In this document: positions 19,982 through 30,689 of the stretch, one piece after another
Numbering within the stretch: position 1 is the stretch's first letter
Layout: each line of letters starts with the position of its first letter
Origin: Candidatus Poribacteria bacterium
Lineage (GTDB): Bacteria; Poribacteria; WGA-4E; JAJDTR01
Assembly: GCA_965222225.1 (NCBI GenBank)
Contig: CBDCTK010000002.1
Span: 4,000,001-4,064,000 of the forward strand
Direction of reading: 5' to 3'
Length of the DNA stretch: 64,000 bases
Translations under genes and position numbers: made by a program
Notes under the pieces: generated by a model
The model's database searches: none
Seen by the model: only the letters and a program-made list of their open reading frames with translations
What the model was told of the DNA's origin: nothing

Positions 19982-22689
19982 ATGCACAAAATGATTAGAT
20001 TCACACGTTTCCACGCATTATGCGTCGCCTTAACATTGCTCGTCAACGCCGCCGCCGCACAGGTTGTTACTATTCCCGACCCTAACTTAGAACAGCTTGT
20101 CAGAGAAACACTTCGACTTCCGAACAACGTTCAAATTGAGCGTGGGCACATGCTCCAGCTACGCGACCTTGATGCTGGAGGTAACCGAGAAATTCTAAAT
20201 ATCACGGGACTAGAATACGCCACCAACATCGTAAGTCTGAACCTCTATGACAACCCTATCGAAGATATTAGCCCTTTGGCTAATATGACCAAGATGACAG
20301 GTTTCAACTTGTGGGGGTGTCGCATTGTTGATTTGAGTCCACTCCGTAACTTGATGAATCTGAGTTGGATTGTATTAGGGAGTAACCAAATCTCCAACCT
20401 CAGTCCGCTGTCTGAACTAACGAATCTCACTTATCTGAATCTCTCATTGAACCAAATTTCTGACATCAGCCCCCTTGCAAACCTTGTTAACCTTCAGGAA
20501 CTCTTGATAGACCAAAATTCGGTTGAAGATATTACAATACTCGCAAATTTGACACAACTTACTCGCTTGCGCTCGGACACAAATCAGATTCACGACATCA
20601 GTCCCCTTGCCAATCTCACCCGGTTAGAAGAATTGTGGCTCAATAGAAATGCGATTACAAATCTCGCCCCACTGACTGGATTGAACAACTTACAGAAACT
20701 TTACATTGCTGACAACCCCTTCCACGACTTTAGTCCCCTTTTTGAACTTGAAGGGGTAGAACTGGACATTGAAATAGATGAGGGATTCAACCTCGTCGTC
20801 GAAATGCCCGAACCGAACTTAAGACTGTTGATGCGAGAAACGCTGTCTCTCCCTGAAGTGGTGCCTCTTACACAAGGACAGATGCTACGATTGACAGGAC
20901 TGGACGCCGGTGGGGACCGTGGAATCACCGACCTAACGGGACTGGAATACGCAACCAACCTCCAATCTCTCGCGCTTTACCACAATCCAATCGTAGATAT
21001 TAGTCCTTTAGCCCATCTTGCAAAATTGGAAGGATTACATCTCTGGGGGTGCCGCATTGTTGATTTGAGTCCACTCCGTAACTTGAAGAATCTGAGATGG
21101 ATTGTCTTAGGGAATAACCAAATCTTGGACATCAGTCCATTGGCTGAATTAATCAATCTTACCGATTTGCGCCTAGATAGCAACCAAATTGTCGACTTCA
21201 GTCCCCTTGCCAATCTCGTTAACCTTGAGACGCTATGGATACAGGCAAACCCGGACGATGACTTTTCAGCATTGGATAGGTTGAGTCTAACCGATTTCCG
21301 ATACGACCAAGTATGCGATATTCCACCTCTATTTCCGCTGGAGGAGCGTCTGAACAATCGCAGCTATCCCTCTATCGTTCGCGCCTGGGATGATGTTGTC
21401 GGACAGGATCGCCTCTCTCCCATAGAAAGGGGCATGTTGCACGATCTCTGGTTCAATCCGGCCCCTCACTTTGAGATACAATGGGATATAACCCCGACTG
21501 CGCTAACGCCAGGACTGTCTACTCAACTGGCAGGAGTGCCGGGCGTGTCTTATGACCTAAGGCGAAGCGCCCAGCAGTTGAATCCGGACACCATAGTTCT
21601 CGCCGATATTCACATTCTTAGCCTATTACCGGAAGAAGAGTTCCCTCCTGATTCGCGCTTCTGGCTTAGAGACAGCAATGGAGAGATTGCAAAGAGGCTA
21701 GACTCTGACGGTAACCTTTATCCCATGGTCGATATTTTCGAACCCGAAGTCCAGAATCTCTTCGTAAACCGGATTCTTGCCATTGAACGCTGTGGGGTGT
21801 TTGATGGTGTGTTTCTAGATGAATTTTTCCACCATGGGACAGCCTTTGCGGGAAGACACTTATACGACGCGAGTGACGAGGAACTTATCCAAGTATGGAT
21901 GAATATACTTAAAGCTGTTCGGGCCCAAGCTCGTGATGATTTTCTCATACTGATGAATGTTAACGAGACTAAACCGACGCGGGTCGCCGAATACGTTAAT
22001 GGCGTGCTCACGGAATCCTTCAGAGACCATCCGGGCGGGTACAGCCGCGAATGGATTATGACACATGAAGATACGCTCTCGTGGGCTGAGAATAATCTCA
22101 GAGAACCTCACATAAACTGTCTATACGGCGCGGGAATGAGCATAGAGCCACCCGATGGCCCGAACAACCTACGCTGGATGCGGATGTTCACAACCTTGAG
22201 CCTAACTCATTCCAATGGCTACGTAATATACACCGATGGTCAAAGAGGCGATCCCTCTGCAGACGCTCCATTTGGTACTCACCACGCACACCTATGGTAT
22301 GACTTCTGGAACGCCGACATTGGTCAGCCAGTAGGTCCGAAAGCCCAGCTCCATGAGAATACGGAAGGTCTATTCATTCGTGAGTTCACAACGGGCTGGA
22401 CAGTGTATAATCGGAGCGGTAAGTCTCACGTTGTCACATTACCTGAGCGCGTGCAATCTGTACGAAGTGGTGTCCAAAACACCCAGCACGCTGTTCCCGC
22501 CTTGACGGCGACATCTACCTCCGCGTAGCGCCGGTTAACCCTGCAGATATAAACGGTGACGGTGTTATGAACATCCTAGACTTAGTTCTCGTGGCAAATG
22601 CGTTTGGCACCGACGCGCACGATGTCAACGGTGACGGCGTTACTAATATCCTAGACTTGGTCATAGTAGCACAAGCCATTAACCAGTAA
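19982..22689 (+). CDS. Internalin-like LRR protein with glycoside-hydrolase-like domain and dockerin; 1-bp frameshift near 22500
   Basis: Signal peptide, two LRR blocks (ISDISPLANLVNL) with IPDPNL/MPEPNL caps, and FDGVFLD. The ORF stops at 22528, but the frame starting at 22501 encodes LDGDIYL..PADINGDGVMNILDLVLVANAFG..DVNGDGVTNILDLV to TAA at 22689. Confidence 0.85.
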
Positions 22690-22788
22690 TTGAAGAAGTG
22701 GCTATCTGATAGGCAAGTACATTTGCCCGTTGACTATCGAGTCTTAACTGACCACTAGCCACTAATCACTGCCTTTTAGGAAGCCCTT

Positions 22789-23538
22789 ATGTTAACGCCG
22801 CAGCAACTAACACATTACCATGAACAGGGCTTCGTGATTCCGGATTTTCGCTTGCCCGCCTCAACCATACAGTCAATCAAGGACGACTTTGAGCGGTTGC
22901 TGATGCGGTACCCCGAGTTCCGGCAAAATTGCCCGTCTCTGCTCACCTACGACACGACCTTCCTGAATTACGCGAGGAACCCGGACATCCTTGACATGGT
23001 GACCCAAATTCTCGGAGAAGATATAGCCGTTTGGAATTCCAGCTATTTTGGCAAACCTGCACATGATGGGAAAAGGGTGCCTTGGCATCAAGATGGACGC
23101 TACTGGCCCATTAGCCCTCTCGCAAGTTGCTCCGTATGGATTGCGATTGACGATTCCAACACCGAGAACGGTTGCCTGCGGATTATCCCCGGTTCGCACA
23201 AATCGCGGAAATTATTCAGGCACGAAAGCAACCCCAGCGACGACCTCGTTCTTTCGCTTGAACTCCTGCGATCCGAATTTGACGAAAGCACCGCTGTGGA
23301 CATTGCCTTGGAATCGGGACAGGTTTCGCTCCACGATGTCTATTTGGTGCACGGTTCGGAACCCAACACCTCCGGTAAATCCCGCCGCGGCATGACGCTG
23401 CGCTTTTTTCCCACCACCTCCGTTTACGAGCGCGACATTGAGGGAGGAGTGCAGCCGCGATCGCTGTTCCTAATGCGGGGCACGGATCGGTCAAAACGAA
23501 ATGACTTCGTGGTGAAACCGTTGCCCGCACCCCAGTAA
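22789..23538 (+). CDS. Phytanoyl-CoA dioxygenase (PhyH) family Fe(II)/2OG oxygenase
   Basis: WHQD, ENGCLRIIPGSH and LVHGS.PN.S...RR. Confidence 0.92.
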   Translation: MLTPQQLTHYHEQGFVIPDFRLPASTIQSIKDDFERLLMRYPEFRQNCPSLLTYDTTFLNYARNPDILDMVTQILGEDIAVWNSSYFGKPAHDGKRVPWHQDGRYWPISPLASCSVWIAIDDSNTENGCLRIIPGSHKSRKLFRHESNPSDDLVLSLELLRSEFDESTAVDIALESGQVSLHDVYLVHGSEPNTSGKSRRGMTLRFFPTTSVYERDIEGGVQPRSLFLMRGTDRSKRNDFVVKPLPAPQ

Positions 23539-23748
23539 ACCGCCAAACCAGAAGATAAGTGCATTTGTAGGGTGGGATCGAAAGAGCGAATAGCGATAAG
23601 GATTTTCTATCGCCCTCCCTATTTGGTCGGTTGATCGATTGAGATCTTCAGGTGTATTGCACCAGCGAGTTACCAATATCAGAAACCGCCGCCAAGGTCG
23701 TAGGCATACTCCGTATGCCGTAACCCTAGTGTGGATTGGGAAGGTGGG

Positions 23749-24447
23749 TCAAAACGCCGTGGACATCGCGATTCCGAACCGCTCAAGCCAGATGTACATG
23801 AGACTAACGCCGTGCTGTCTACGAAAATAGTTGAACATCAGGTGCGACCGATCTCCGTCATACATCCCGCGAGCGGAGAACCCTCTGCCAAAATCAACCG
23901 TGGCGCCGAAAGGATAATTGAATCCGTCATCCCATTCGGAATAGTTCACGGTCGCATATAACGACAGCGGAAGGCGCGGCAAGCGCTTGGCAAGCGTGAA
24001 AAAGTAGGCTTGAGTCCCAGCGGGTGAGCCGATGCGGTCCGAGCTTGTTCCGATGAAGAGGGCAGGTCGGGTATCCGTTTCCGTAAGGAGGAATGCGTTG
24101 AAGAGCGGAGAGATTTCCGATGCCGCGGGGTTATATTCAAGACCAAGTTGACCCCTGCTTAGGAACTGATAATTCAACGTCATCCGCCAGCGCGGACGAT
24201 CTTTCTCCGTGTCGACATAACGCCAAGAAATCGCCCATGTGGTCTGAATACCGCTTCCCCGAAGCGGTGCGCCTTCGCCAGGTCAGGCGCTTCAGGTAGG
24301 AGTCATGGAAGTCTGGGGGGCGGTCTTTAGCGGCTTGAGTTGGAGATTCGCTTCGTTTGACCAGCTATCAGCCGCCGCGGTCAAGAACAAATATAATACT
24401 AGACTCCCAATAAGCGTATGTGTCAGTGTTGCTCCAAAACGTGTCAT
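23749..24447 (-). CDS. Candidate selenoprotein (U52-S-A-U55), exported beta-barrel-like protein, 232 aa
   Basis: ATG at 24447 is in frame with the 144-aa ORF. Hydrophobic signal peptide (LIGSLVLYLFLTAAA). The only interruptions are TGA at 24294-24292 and 24285-24283. A SECIS-like hairpin follows. Amphipathic strands and a C-terminal Phe. Confidence 0.72.
24250..24268 (-). promoter_or_regulatory. Putative bacterial SECIS element
   Basis: Minus strand reads ACCGCTTC-GGG-GAAGCGGT, a perfect 8-bp stem with a G loop. The loop lies 22 nt after the second UGA and 31 nt after the first. Confidence 0.65.
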
Positions 24448-25103
24448 GGTTGATGAATGGGGAAATGATGGACAGGAGGCAGGTCATCCTGTTTTAATTG
24501 GTTGATGGGATAAGTAGCAGTCAGTGGGTTGCTATCGGATTCCGTTTCCATGTGAATTATAGTTAGAGCCTAATAGAATAACAGTGACTAAGCCAAATTT
24601 GTCATCAGAGTTGCTGCATACCGTACAAGCGAAGAGCAACACCGTATCACCCGTGTCAAGCTCACTCGTGCCTACAAGTCGTATATATTCTAATGCTACT
24701 GCGCCTGGTTACTTTCTTATTTGGCGTTTAAAGAATCGCTGTACCCGCGACAACCTGAAATGTCGCTCCGCTGGAGCGAAACATCTTTAGGTATGTTATA
24801 CTTCTGTAGTTAAGTGTTGGTCTGTCTTGTACTGCAGCGAAGTGGTATGTTAGGCTGCCGTAGCCATGTGAGGATTTGACTAACCACTTCTTCCTACCAC
24901 CAAACAGTTGCGTAGAATGTCTATATCGTTTTTAGTTGGTCAATCCCTGCGTCTGTGTACATCGTAATATTCTTTTATGGGTAGATGGTTAATTAGGTAT
25001 GGGGCTAGCGGATGTGTTTGATTTTGAGGAAATAGAGGATAATGTCCCAAGTGCAAAGAAACTACAAATCGCCGTATGCCGGTATTGGCTTAGTGGGCTA
25101 TGG

Positions 25104-25724
25104 TTAAAAAGGAATATCATCATGTGTTTCTTTCGTGTATGATAATTCCAAAAGCGCCCCTTTAAGTCGCTGTAAAGTATTCAATACGTCACTGGCGCTT
25201 TCAATTACAGTGTAGGTATTTTGGATATCGACGCGTTGCCGTCTAACTTCATTCATAATCAATGCGACGGAATCACCAAACCGGTCTAATTGATTTAAGT
25301 GTTCTTCGGATTGTCTCTTGGTGAACATAAATCTCCTTGTATCTATACTATCCGTACCGGGGTAATTTGGAAGATACGTCAATTGCTCAATGTAATCCTT
25401 GTCTTGCTGCCACAGACGCTGCTCCCACTCGTCGTCCCAATACTGCTCGGAATAGTCCTGATAATAGTCCTCTATGATAGAATAGGTAATATCGTCATCA
25501 AAATACTGCTCCCAGTGGTCGTCATACTCGCCAAGAAGTTCTTGTGTATGTTGGTGCAAAAAGTCTTCATAATCCTCGTCGTCCGGATTCGAAATTTCGT
25601 CAATGTAGTTCATCAGGAGGACTTTCGTGGAGTGATCACTAGCGATACCGTATAATGAATCGTCTCCGTTCGCATTTAATGCCATCTTAATTGGCGGTGC
25701 AACCATGCGAGAAATAGATTTCAA
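25104..25724 (-). CDS. Hypothetical acidic protein ending in DDIPF
   Basis: 206 aa with a D/E/Y/Q-rich core. TTG start preceded by GAGGG, 7 nt after the phyH stop. Confidence 0.7.
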   Translation of the reverse strand: MKSISRMVAPPIKMALNANGDDSLYGIASDHSTKVLLMNYIDEISNPDDEDYEDFLHQHTQELLGEYDDHWEQYFDDDITYSIIEDYYQDYSEQYWDDEWEQRLWQQDKDYIEQLTYLPNYPGTDSIDTRRFMFTKRQSEEHLNQLDRFGDSVALIMNEVRRQRVDIQNTYTVIESASDVLNTLQRLKGALLELSYTKETHDDIPF

Positions 25725-25731
25725 TCTTCCC

Positions 25732-26721
25732 TCAGGCGCAGGCGGGACTGTCTACCGTCCATCGGTTGAAAGTCGGATTTTCACTCACGGCGAGTTTGCT
25801 GCGGGCGTCATACCACATATTCGCCCACTCAATCGGATCGTGTAATTCGCTCCCCGGGTTGGATCTGCTGCGAGCGACGAAGCCCGGAAATGCGCCGCGC
25901 CCCGTTGGTTGACCTATTGGATTATAACGAAGGTCAAAACTCCAACGAATATTGTCGCTCTTGTTTGGCAGCGAAGAGTGGCAGTTCAGGCGATTGAAAA
26001 GCAGCACCGATCCGCGCTTCATGGGAAGCGGAACGCTATCCGCCGATCGTAGGTATTTGTCCGGAATGTGGAGACCGAATCCTCTCGAAATTTCCTTGTG
26101 CGCGTGACAGTGTTGGAGCAATCCCTCGCGATGGCTCCTCGGAATAACCTCTAAACAGCCGTTCTCAATCGTAGCCTCCCACAGACAGAACCACACCGTC
26201 AACATATTGGTCTCATCGGCTTCGGGCGTGACAACGCCGGTGTCTTGATGCCACGGGGTCGCACCTAGCTGAACGTTCCCGGTCTCCTCGTTAATGGGGC
26301 ATAAATGCTCCGGCGGTTTGAGCCGCACATGCTGCACCGGATTGGAGTAGATTTCCGGTCCAATCAACGACTCGACGGCATCGAGGAGTTTCTCGTTTCG
26401 CAGCATCCTGAAAACCGCGGGACCCACCCACATCGGCGTATCCGTCTGCACGTTCCGCTGCGGCAGCGAAAAGTCGAAATATTGTGCGTGCACCTTGCCG
26501 GATTCGGCGTAAATCTTGGTCAGTCGATCGCCAAACGGCAGGTCGTCATAGGTGGAGGAGACTTCACCCTTTTCCTCTAATTCGAGGGCGAGTCGATCCA
26601 ATACGGTCGCGTATTCCTCAATGACCGGATCAATATCTTGCTCGGGGTCAAACAAATCTTCCACGACCAAGTACCCCTGTTCCTCAAAGTGCGCCACTTG
26701 GGATGCGGTAAGATGTGCCAT
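25732..26721 (-). CDS. Phytanoyl-CoA dioxygenase (PhyH) family protein
   Basis: TPWHQDTG, ENGCLEVIPRSH and HSSLPN.S..IRWSFDLRY. Confidence 0.92.
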   Translation of the reverse strand: MAHLTASQVAHFEEQGYLVVEDLFDPEQDIDPVIEEYATVLDRLALELEEKGEVSSTYDDLPFGDRLTKIYAESGKVHAQYFDFSLPQRNVQTDTPMWVGPAVFRMLRNEKLLDAVESLIGPEIYSNPVQHVRLKPPEHLCPINEETGNVQLGATPWHQDTGVVTPEADETNMLTVWFCLWEATIENGCLEVIPRSHREGLLQHCHAHKEISRGFGLHIPDKYLRSADSVPLPMKRGSVLLFNRLNCHSSLPNKSDNIRWSFDLRYNPIGQPTGRGAFPGFVARSRSNPGSELHDPIEWANMWYDARSKLAVSENPTFNRWTVDSPACA

Positions 26722-26964
26722 TTTTCCTTCTTCCTTTGCGTGAATCGCGTGCAATGGTTCCGAATAACGCGAGTTTGAATTCGCCTACACAACAGATGAA
26801 CACGGGGAGGCATGACTTTCACATCTGTCGAATATAAACGTAATGAGCGGTTTCTTGTTACGCTGTACTATCACGCCCCGATCTCCACCTGTGTCCCGTT
26901 CTAGCCCACTGAAAAATTCTTACCTAGAAATCACATTATCCTCTGTCCTTCTAACTCCATATTA

Positions 26965-27293
26965 GAGCCTGTTTGAAAAGTACAGTTTGTAGGGTGCGCA
27001 CTGCGCACCAGCCTCTAAAAGCCCCAGAGTGGGATCAAGGGAGCGAATAGCGACTGCGATAGAAATCCATGAAGGTGTAAGGTGTATAGAAACACCAAAA
27101 CCCCGTGCACCTAAGCCCCAGTGGGGATCAAACGAACGGATAGTGAGTGCGATAGCAATCCCATAGGTATGTAGCAGCCAACAATGAAAACATGAGAAAA
27201 CTTTCTACAAATGGCCAAAAGCATCGGATTTTCAAGACGTTTTCCCCAAAATGACCTCTCTCGAAGACGGATTTGGACTTTTCAAACAGGCTC
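26965..27293. mobile_element. Non-autonomous MITE-like element (329 bp)
   Basis: Perfect 17-bp terminal inverted repeats GAGCCTGTTTGAAAAGT (26965-26981 and 27277-27293). TTA flanks both sides as a putative TSD. No transposase. Confidence 0.7.
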
Positions 27294-27528
27294 TTAGGCA
27301 GGCTCTTAGGAAGTGTCAATTACAATCAAGCAACCGGATTCAGACGGATCAAAAGAGTGTATAACGAGTGATTAAAGAAATGAATAATGACCGCAATAAA
27401 AATCCATCGGCAATCATCAAATCGCTGACTTCCCCTCTTGCCACGGCACATGTTCTCGGCGATAAATCGCCGAACTGCTTGGCTTCGAATCTTCAACTAC
27501 GTAAGTCTTAAATTGACGCAGCAACATA

Positions 27529-27798
27529 TCACTTCTTATATGCCTTGCCACGATGCGGGATTCCATGCACGTTACATATTTTGCTCTCAATGTCCACATC
27601 ATATATTATTCGATAGCTTCCAACACGATAACTGTAAAGACCAGCCAATTTCCCATCCAGCTTCTTGCCAAGTAGAAGTGGATTTGCTGATAGTGACTCT
27701 ATGGCAATATTAACTCTACATTTCATATTGGAATCTAACGAATTGTATTGCTTGGATGAGTTTCCAATCAATCTTATCTCAAACTGCTTGCTTGACAT
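27529..27798 (-). CDS. RelE/ParE family toxin
   Basis: GKKLDGKLAGLYSYRVGSYRIIYDVD...IPHRGKAY. Overlaps the upstream antitoxin. Confidence 0.88.
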   Translation of the reverse strand: MSSKQFEIRLIGNSSKQYNSLDSNMKCRVNIAIESLSANPLLLGKKLDGKLAGLYSYRVGSYRIIYDVDIESKICNVHGIPHRGKAYKK

Positions 27799-27976
27799 CT
27801 TCCCATTTGACATACTTGCCAGACTTGAGATCTTCTTGTGCCTTTTTTAGGCTTTCCATTGCCTCAGGATTATTAAGTATCTCCTCAGTTTCGGACAAAG
27901 CTTTTGATTCTCTAGGGGCAACTGTTACTGTCTCCGTCAAGATAGGTTTTGTTGGTGTCCCTTCACTGGTTTTCAT
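27779..27976 (-). CDS. Antitoxin (YefM/RelB-like C-terminus)
   Basis: 65 aa with SD AAGGAG. Contains ETEEILNNPEAMESLKKAQEDLKSGK..WEDVK. Confidence 0.8.
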   Translation of the reverse strand: MKTSEGTPTKPILTETVTVAPRESKALSETEEILNNPEAMESLKKAQEDLKSGKYVKWEDVKQAV

Positions 27977-28404
27977 TGTTATATCTCCTTGCGTTGCGAC
28001 TGTGATAGTTAAGCGTCCAATTATTGTACACGGTAAATAGTATACTCTGGAGTATACACAGACGTAAAGCAAAAGGATCGATTTTGGCAATATGCTGCGT
28101 TGTTGTCATTTTTTCGTGACATATGCTTGATGACGGCGTGGTCGTCTGCGTTTGGTTGACGATTAAGCGACTGAACAAGGAGTAAGGCTACTGTCGCAGT
28201 CACTACGGGATCTCTATCGATCAGAAGTATCAGATTAGTGGCTAGTGAATAGTAGTTAGGAAAGAAATCCTGGAGCCGTATTACAGGCGACGAAAGTCCC
28301 AACCTCCCTAGCCCCTTGTCAAGGGAGAATTGTCATCGACTGAGGCATGAAACGACGCTCGAAAAATCAGGCTCTTCAGAGTTAAGTGTGGAAATGAAAT
28401 TGAC

Positions 28405-28511
28405 TTAGGAGTTGCGCAGTGAAGCATCCAAAGGATTGTAGGAGCGATCTCCGAATCGCGATCTCTTTCGCAAGCAAAACTCGCTCCTACAGAAGACGCG
28501 CAATAAAGGGA
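28405..28511 (+). repeat. ~107-bp REP-containing dispersed repeat (empty copy)
   Basis: Near-identical to the reverse complement of 53352-53494, except that copy carries a 35-nt insert. A partial copy lies at ~32595-32628. Confidence 0.8.
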
Positions 28512-28661
28512 TCTCTATCGCCTTCTATCCACTCAGTTGATGGTTTCGTTTATCCTTCGCTATTCGCTCAGTCGATCTCGTTATTAGGCAGGAAAGGCAC
28601 TTGGCGGTGGTCAGCACCGCAAACTCGTCACTCACCGCTCTGCTTCAACTAGAAAATAGCG

Positions 28662-30665
28662 TTATGAGGCAATTGTCACCGTTACGCCTTTGCTCGGTTG
28701 CTCCAAGTTTCCGCTGTCATCGACGGCGCGGCTTGAGATTGTGACGCTTCCCGCCTCCGTCGGCGCCCATTCAAAGCTCCAAACCCCCCGTCCGTTCGCC
28801 GGATGCCACGTATTACCGTTGTCCACCGATACTTCGACCCCGGCAACTGTACCGCCCCCTCTGTCCACGGCATTGCCTCTGATAATCAACGCCTCGTATG
28901 GCAGAATCGCGCCATCCGTGGGCGCATGAACCGTCGAATTCGGGGGCTCGAAATCGGTGGAGGCGCTCGCCGGGATAAGGTCTTCTTGGAGCGACGCGGG
29001 TTGTATCCCCATGTCTGCAAACAGATTGACGGTCGCTTGCTGGATATTCCTATCCGGAGCATGCGGGTCAACGCCGACGCGGGTGGAATACTCATTGGCG
29101 CGCTCCGGGGGAACGCCGGTGTCGTTGTCATGTTGCGCGTCCAACCCCCAACTCCATTGTACCGTACCCGCGCCAAAGACCAAAGCGCCGCTCTCGTGAC
29201 GATAGAGCGTCAGGTGGTGGGTTGCGGTGCCCGAGTCGAAAACCGTGCCGTGGTCTTGAATGTAGGTAACGTTGTCAATGGTCGTCTCGGACAAGCGGAA
29301 GAGACCCGGTGGGCGAAACCCGTTGTCGATGTCTTCATCCCACTCGTGCCCAAGTAAGCCTTTCAACAGAACCGCCTTGTCGCCCGGCTTGAGTTGTGCG
29401 ACATCCGTGTCGCGCCAAAAGCGCAAGTTGGCGTATTCCGCCAGCACGATGAGCGGATCGTTGCGCCACGCGTTCACGGTGAAAATCGTGCCCGTTAGCG
29501 CGTTCTCCGGCTGTGCTCCCTCTGGATTGAAAGGTCGCGAGTCCCGCCAAGTTCCGGTCCAAAGATCGGGAACGGGATCAATCTTGGCGTCGTCGTGAGT
29601 TTCCTTGTACGTGACTAACGTTCGGTGAGAGACCCCTTCTTCGTCAATAGAGGCTTCCCATCGGGTTTTCCAAAACACTTCGTTGCCGCTGAAAAAAGCG
29701 AGATGCACTCCCGCATCGCGCGCGCTCTCAACATGTCTTCTTTGGTCAAGAGACCAGTATTCGTCATGACCGACCGACAGAAACAGCCGGTGTTTCAAGA
29801 TCTCCTCGCCTCGTCGGTCGCTATCGACACCGGTAAAGTAACTAACATCATAACCGTTCGCTTCAAGCCATCGGATGAAAGGATACTCGCTATTGAAAAC
29901 CATGTTTACTGCCCGATAATAGCGTGTCTCGAACGGACGGTTGTAGCTTACCTTGTACGAGCGGGGGTGTCCCCCGTGCATGCGCGGATTGTCCGGATTG
30001 AAACGGGCATAGGTGCAGTGCCCGCCGTAGCGGTTGTATGCCTGCCACGTCGTGTCCGACGTTTGGAACAGCAGATCGGAACATCCTTCGTCGTCCCGAA
30101 CGACGAAATAGATGTGGCTTGCTCGCGGCTCGCGCAGCGCATTGGCTAAGCGTCCGCGTCCCGAGGCGCCGTAGGCGTGCGCCGACGGAACAGGCTGCGC
30201 TGCCGGACCGTGCTGCCCGTTGTCCGCACGCCAACTCGCGGGATCTGAATCCTGCCGCACCAAACGAGCAAAATAGACGCCCGACGCCGCGTCCGAAGGG
30301 GATTTCCAAGAGGCTGAGACCGCCCAATTACCGCAATCATAGAGGCGCGTCTCCGGATCTCTGATGCCTTCCTGTTGAGGTTGGGGCAGCTTAACCAACG
30401 GTTCAATCGTGTCAACGAGGCGAGCCCCCAACCCTCCATAGTAACCCATTCGATAGATGTCAATCCGATAGTCGATCGAGTCGGTTTTTATCTTGAAGAA
30501 GATAGTCTCGCCGCGATTGATACTGATATCGTGACCGAAACCTTGAATCGTCGGATCGCCGGGACCGTTAATATCCCACTCGGTAGAGGGACTGCCCGGC
30601 AGCCGATTCTCTTGAACAATCCTGTTGTCCGGTTTCCCGCCACGATTCTGCGGTTCGAGACTCAT
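28662..30665 (-). CDS. N,N-dimethylformamidase large-subunit-like protein (DUF6605-type) with C-terminal Ig-like domain
   Basis: TWQAYN.YGG, VSYNRPF, LSVGHDEYWS and FFSGNE motifs. C-terminal VAGVEVSVDNGNTW...SRAVDDSGN. Confidence 0.82.
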   Translation of the reverse strand: MSLEPQNRGGKPDNRIVQENRLPGSPSTEWDINGPGDPTIQGFGHDISINRGETIFFKIKTDSIDYRIDIYRMGYYGGLGARLVDTIEPLVKLPQPQQEGIRDPETRLYDCGNWAVSASWKSPSDAASGVYFARLVRQDSDPASWRADNGQHGPAAQPVPSAHAYGASGRGRLANALREPRASHIYFVVRDDEGCSDLLFQTSDTTWQAYNRYGGHCTYARFNPDNPRMHGGHPRSYKVSYNRPFETRYYRAVNMVFNSEYPFIRWLEANGYDVSYFTGVDSDRRGEEILKHRLFLSVGHDEYWSLDQRRHVESARDAGVHLAFFSGNEVFWKTRWEASIDEEGVSHRTLVTYKETHDDAKIDPVPDLWTGTWRDSRPFNPEGAQPENALTGTIFTVNAWRNDPLIVLAEYANLRFWRDTDVAQLKPGDKAVLLKGLLGHEWDEDIDNGFRPPGLFRLSETTIDNVTYIQDHGTVFDSGTATHHLTLYRHESGALVFGAGTVQWSWGLDAQHDNDTGVPPERANEYSTRVGVDPHAPDRNIQQATVNLFADMGIQPASLQEDLIPASASTDFEPPNSTVHAPTDGAILPYEALIIRGNAVDRGGGTVAGVEVSVDNGNTWHPANGRGVWSFEWAPTEAGSVTISSRAVDDSGNLEQPSKGVTVTIAS

Positions 30666-30689
30666 TGTGCCTCCCTAAAGGATACTGTT

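Noticed and set aside
24283-24294. Genome-wide UGA reassignment (Trp/Gly) as the explanation for the in-frame TGAs
   Set aside because: TGA is a normal stop for other genes here (e.g. 1532, 4231, 46720) and TGG encodes Trp.
24480-25100. ncRNA or tRNA-Sec upstream of the selenoprotein candidate
   Set aside because: No cloverleaf or recognisable RNA family. Only a REP-like hairpin near 24757-24787 in an AT-rich spacer.
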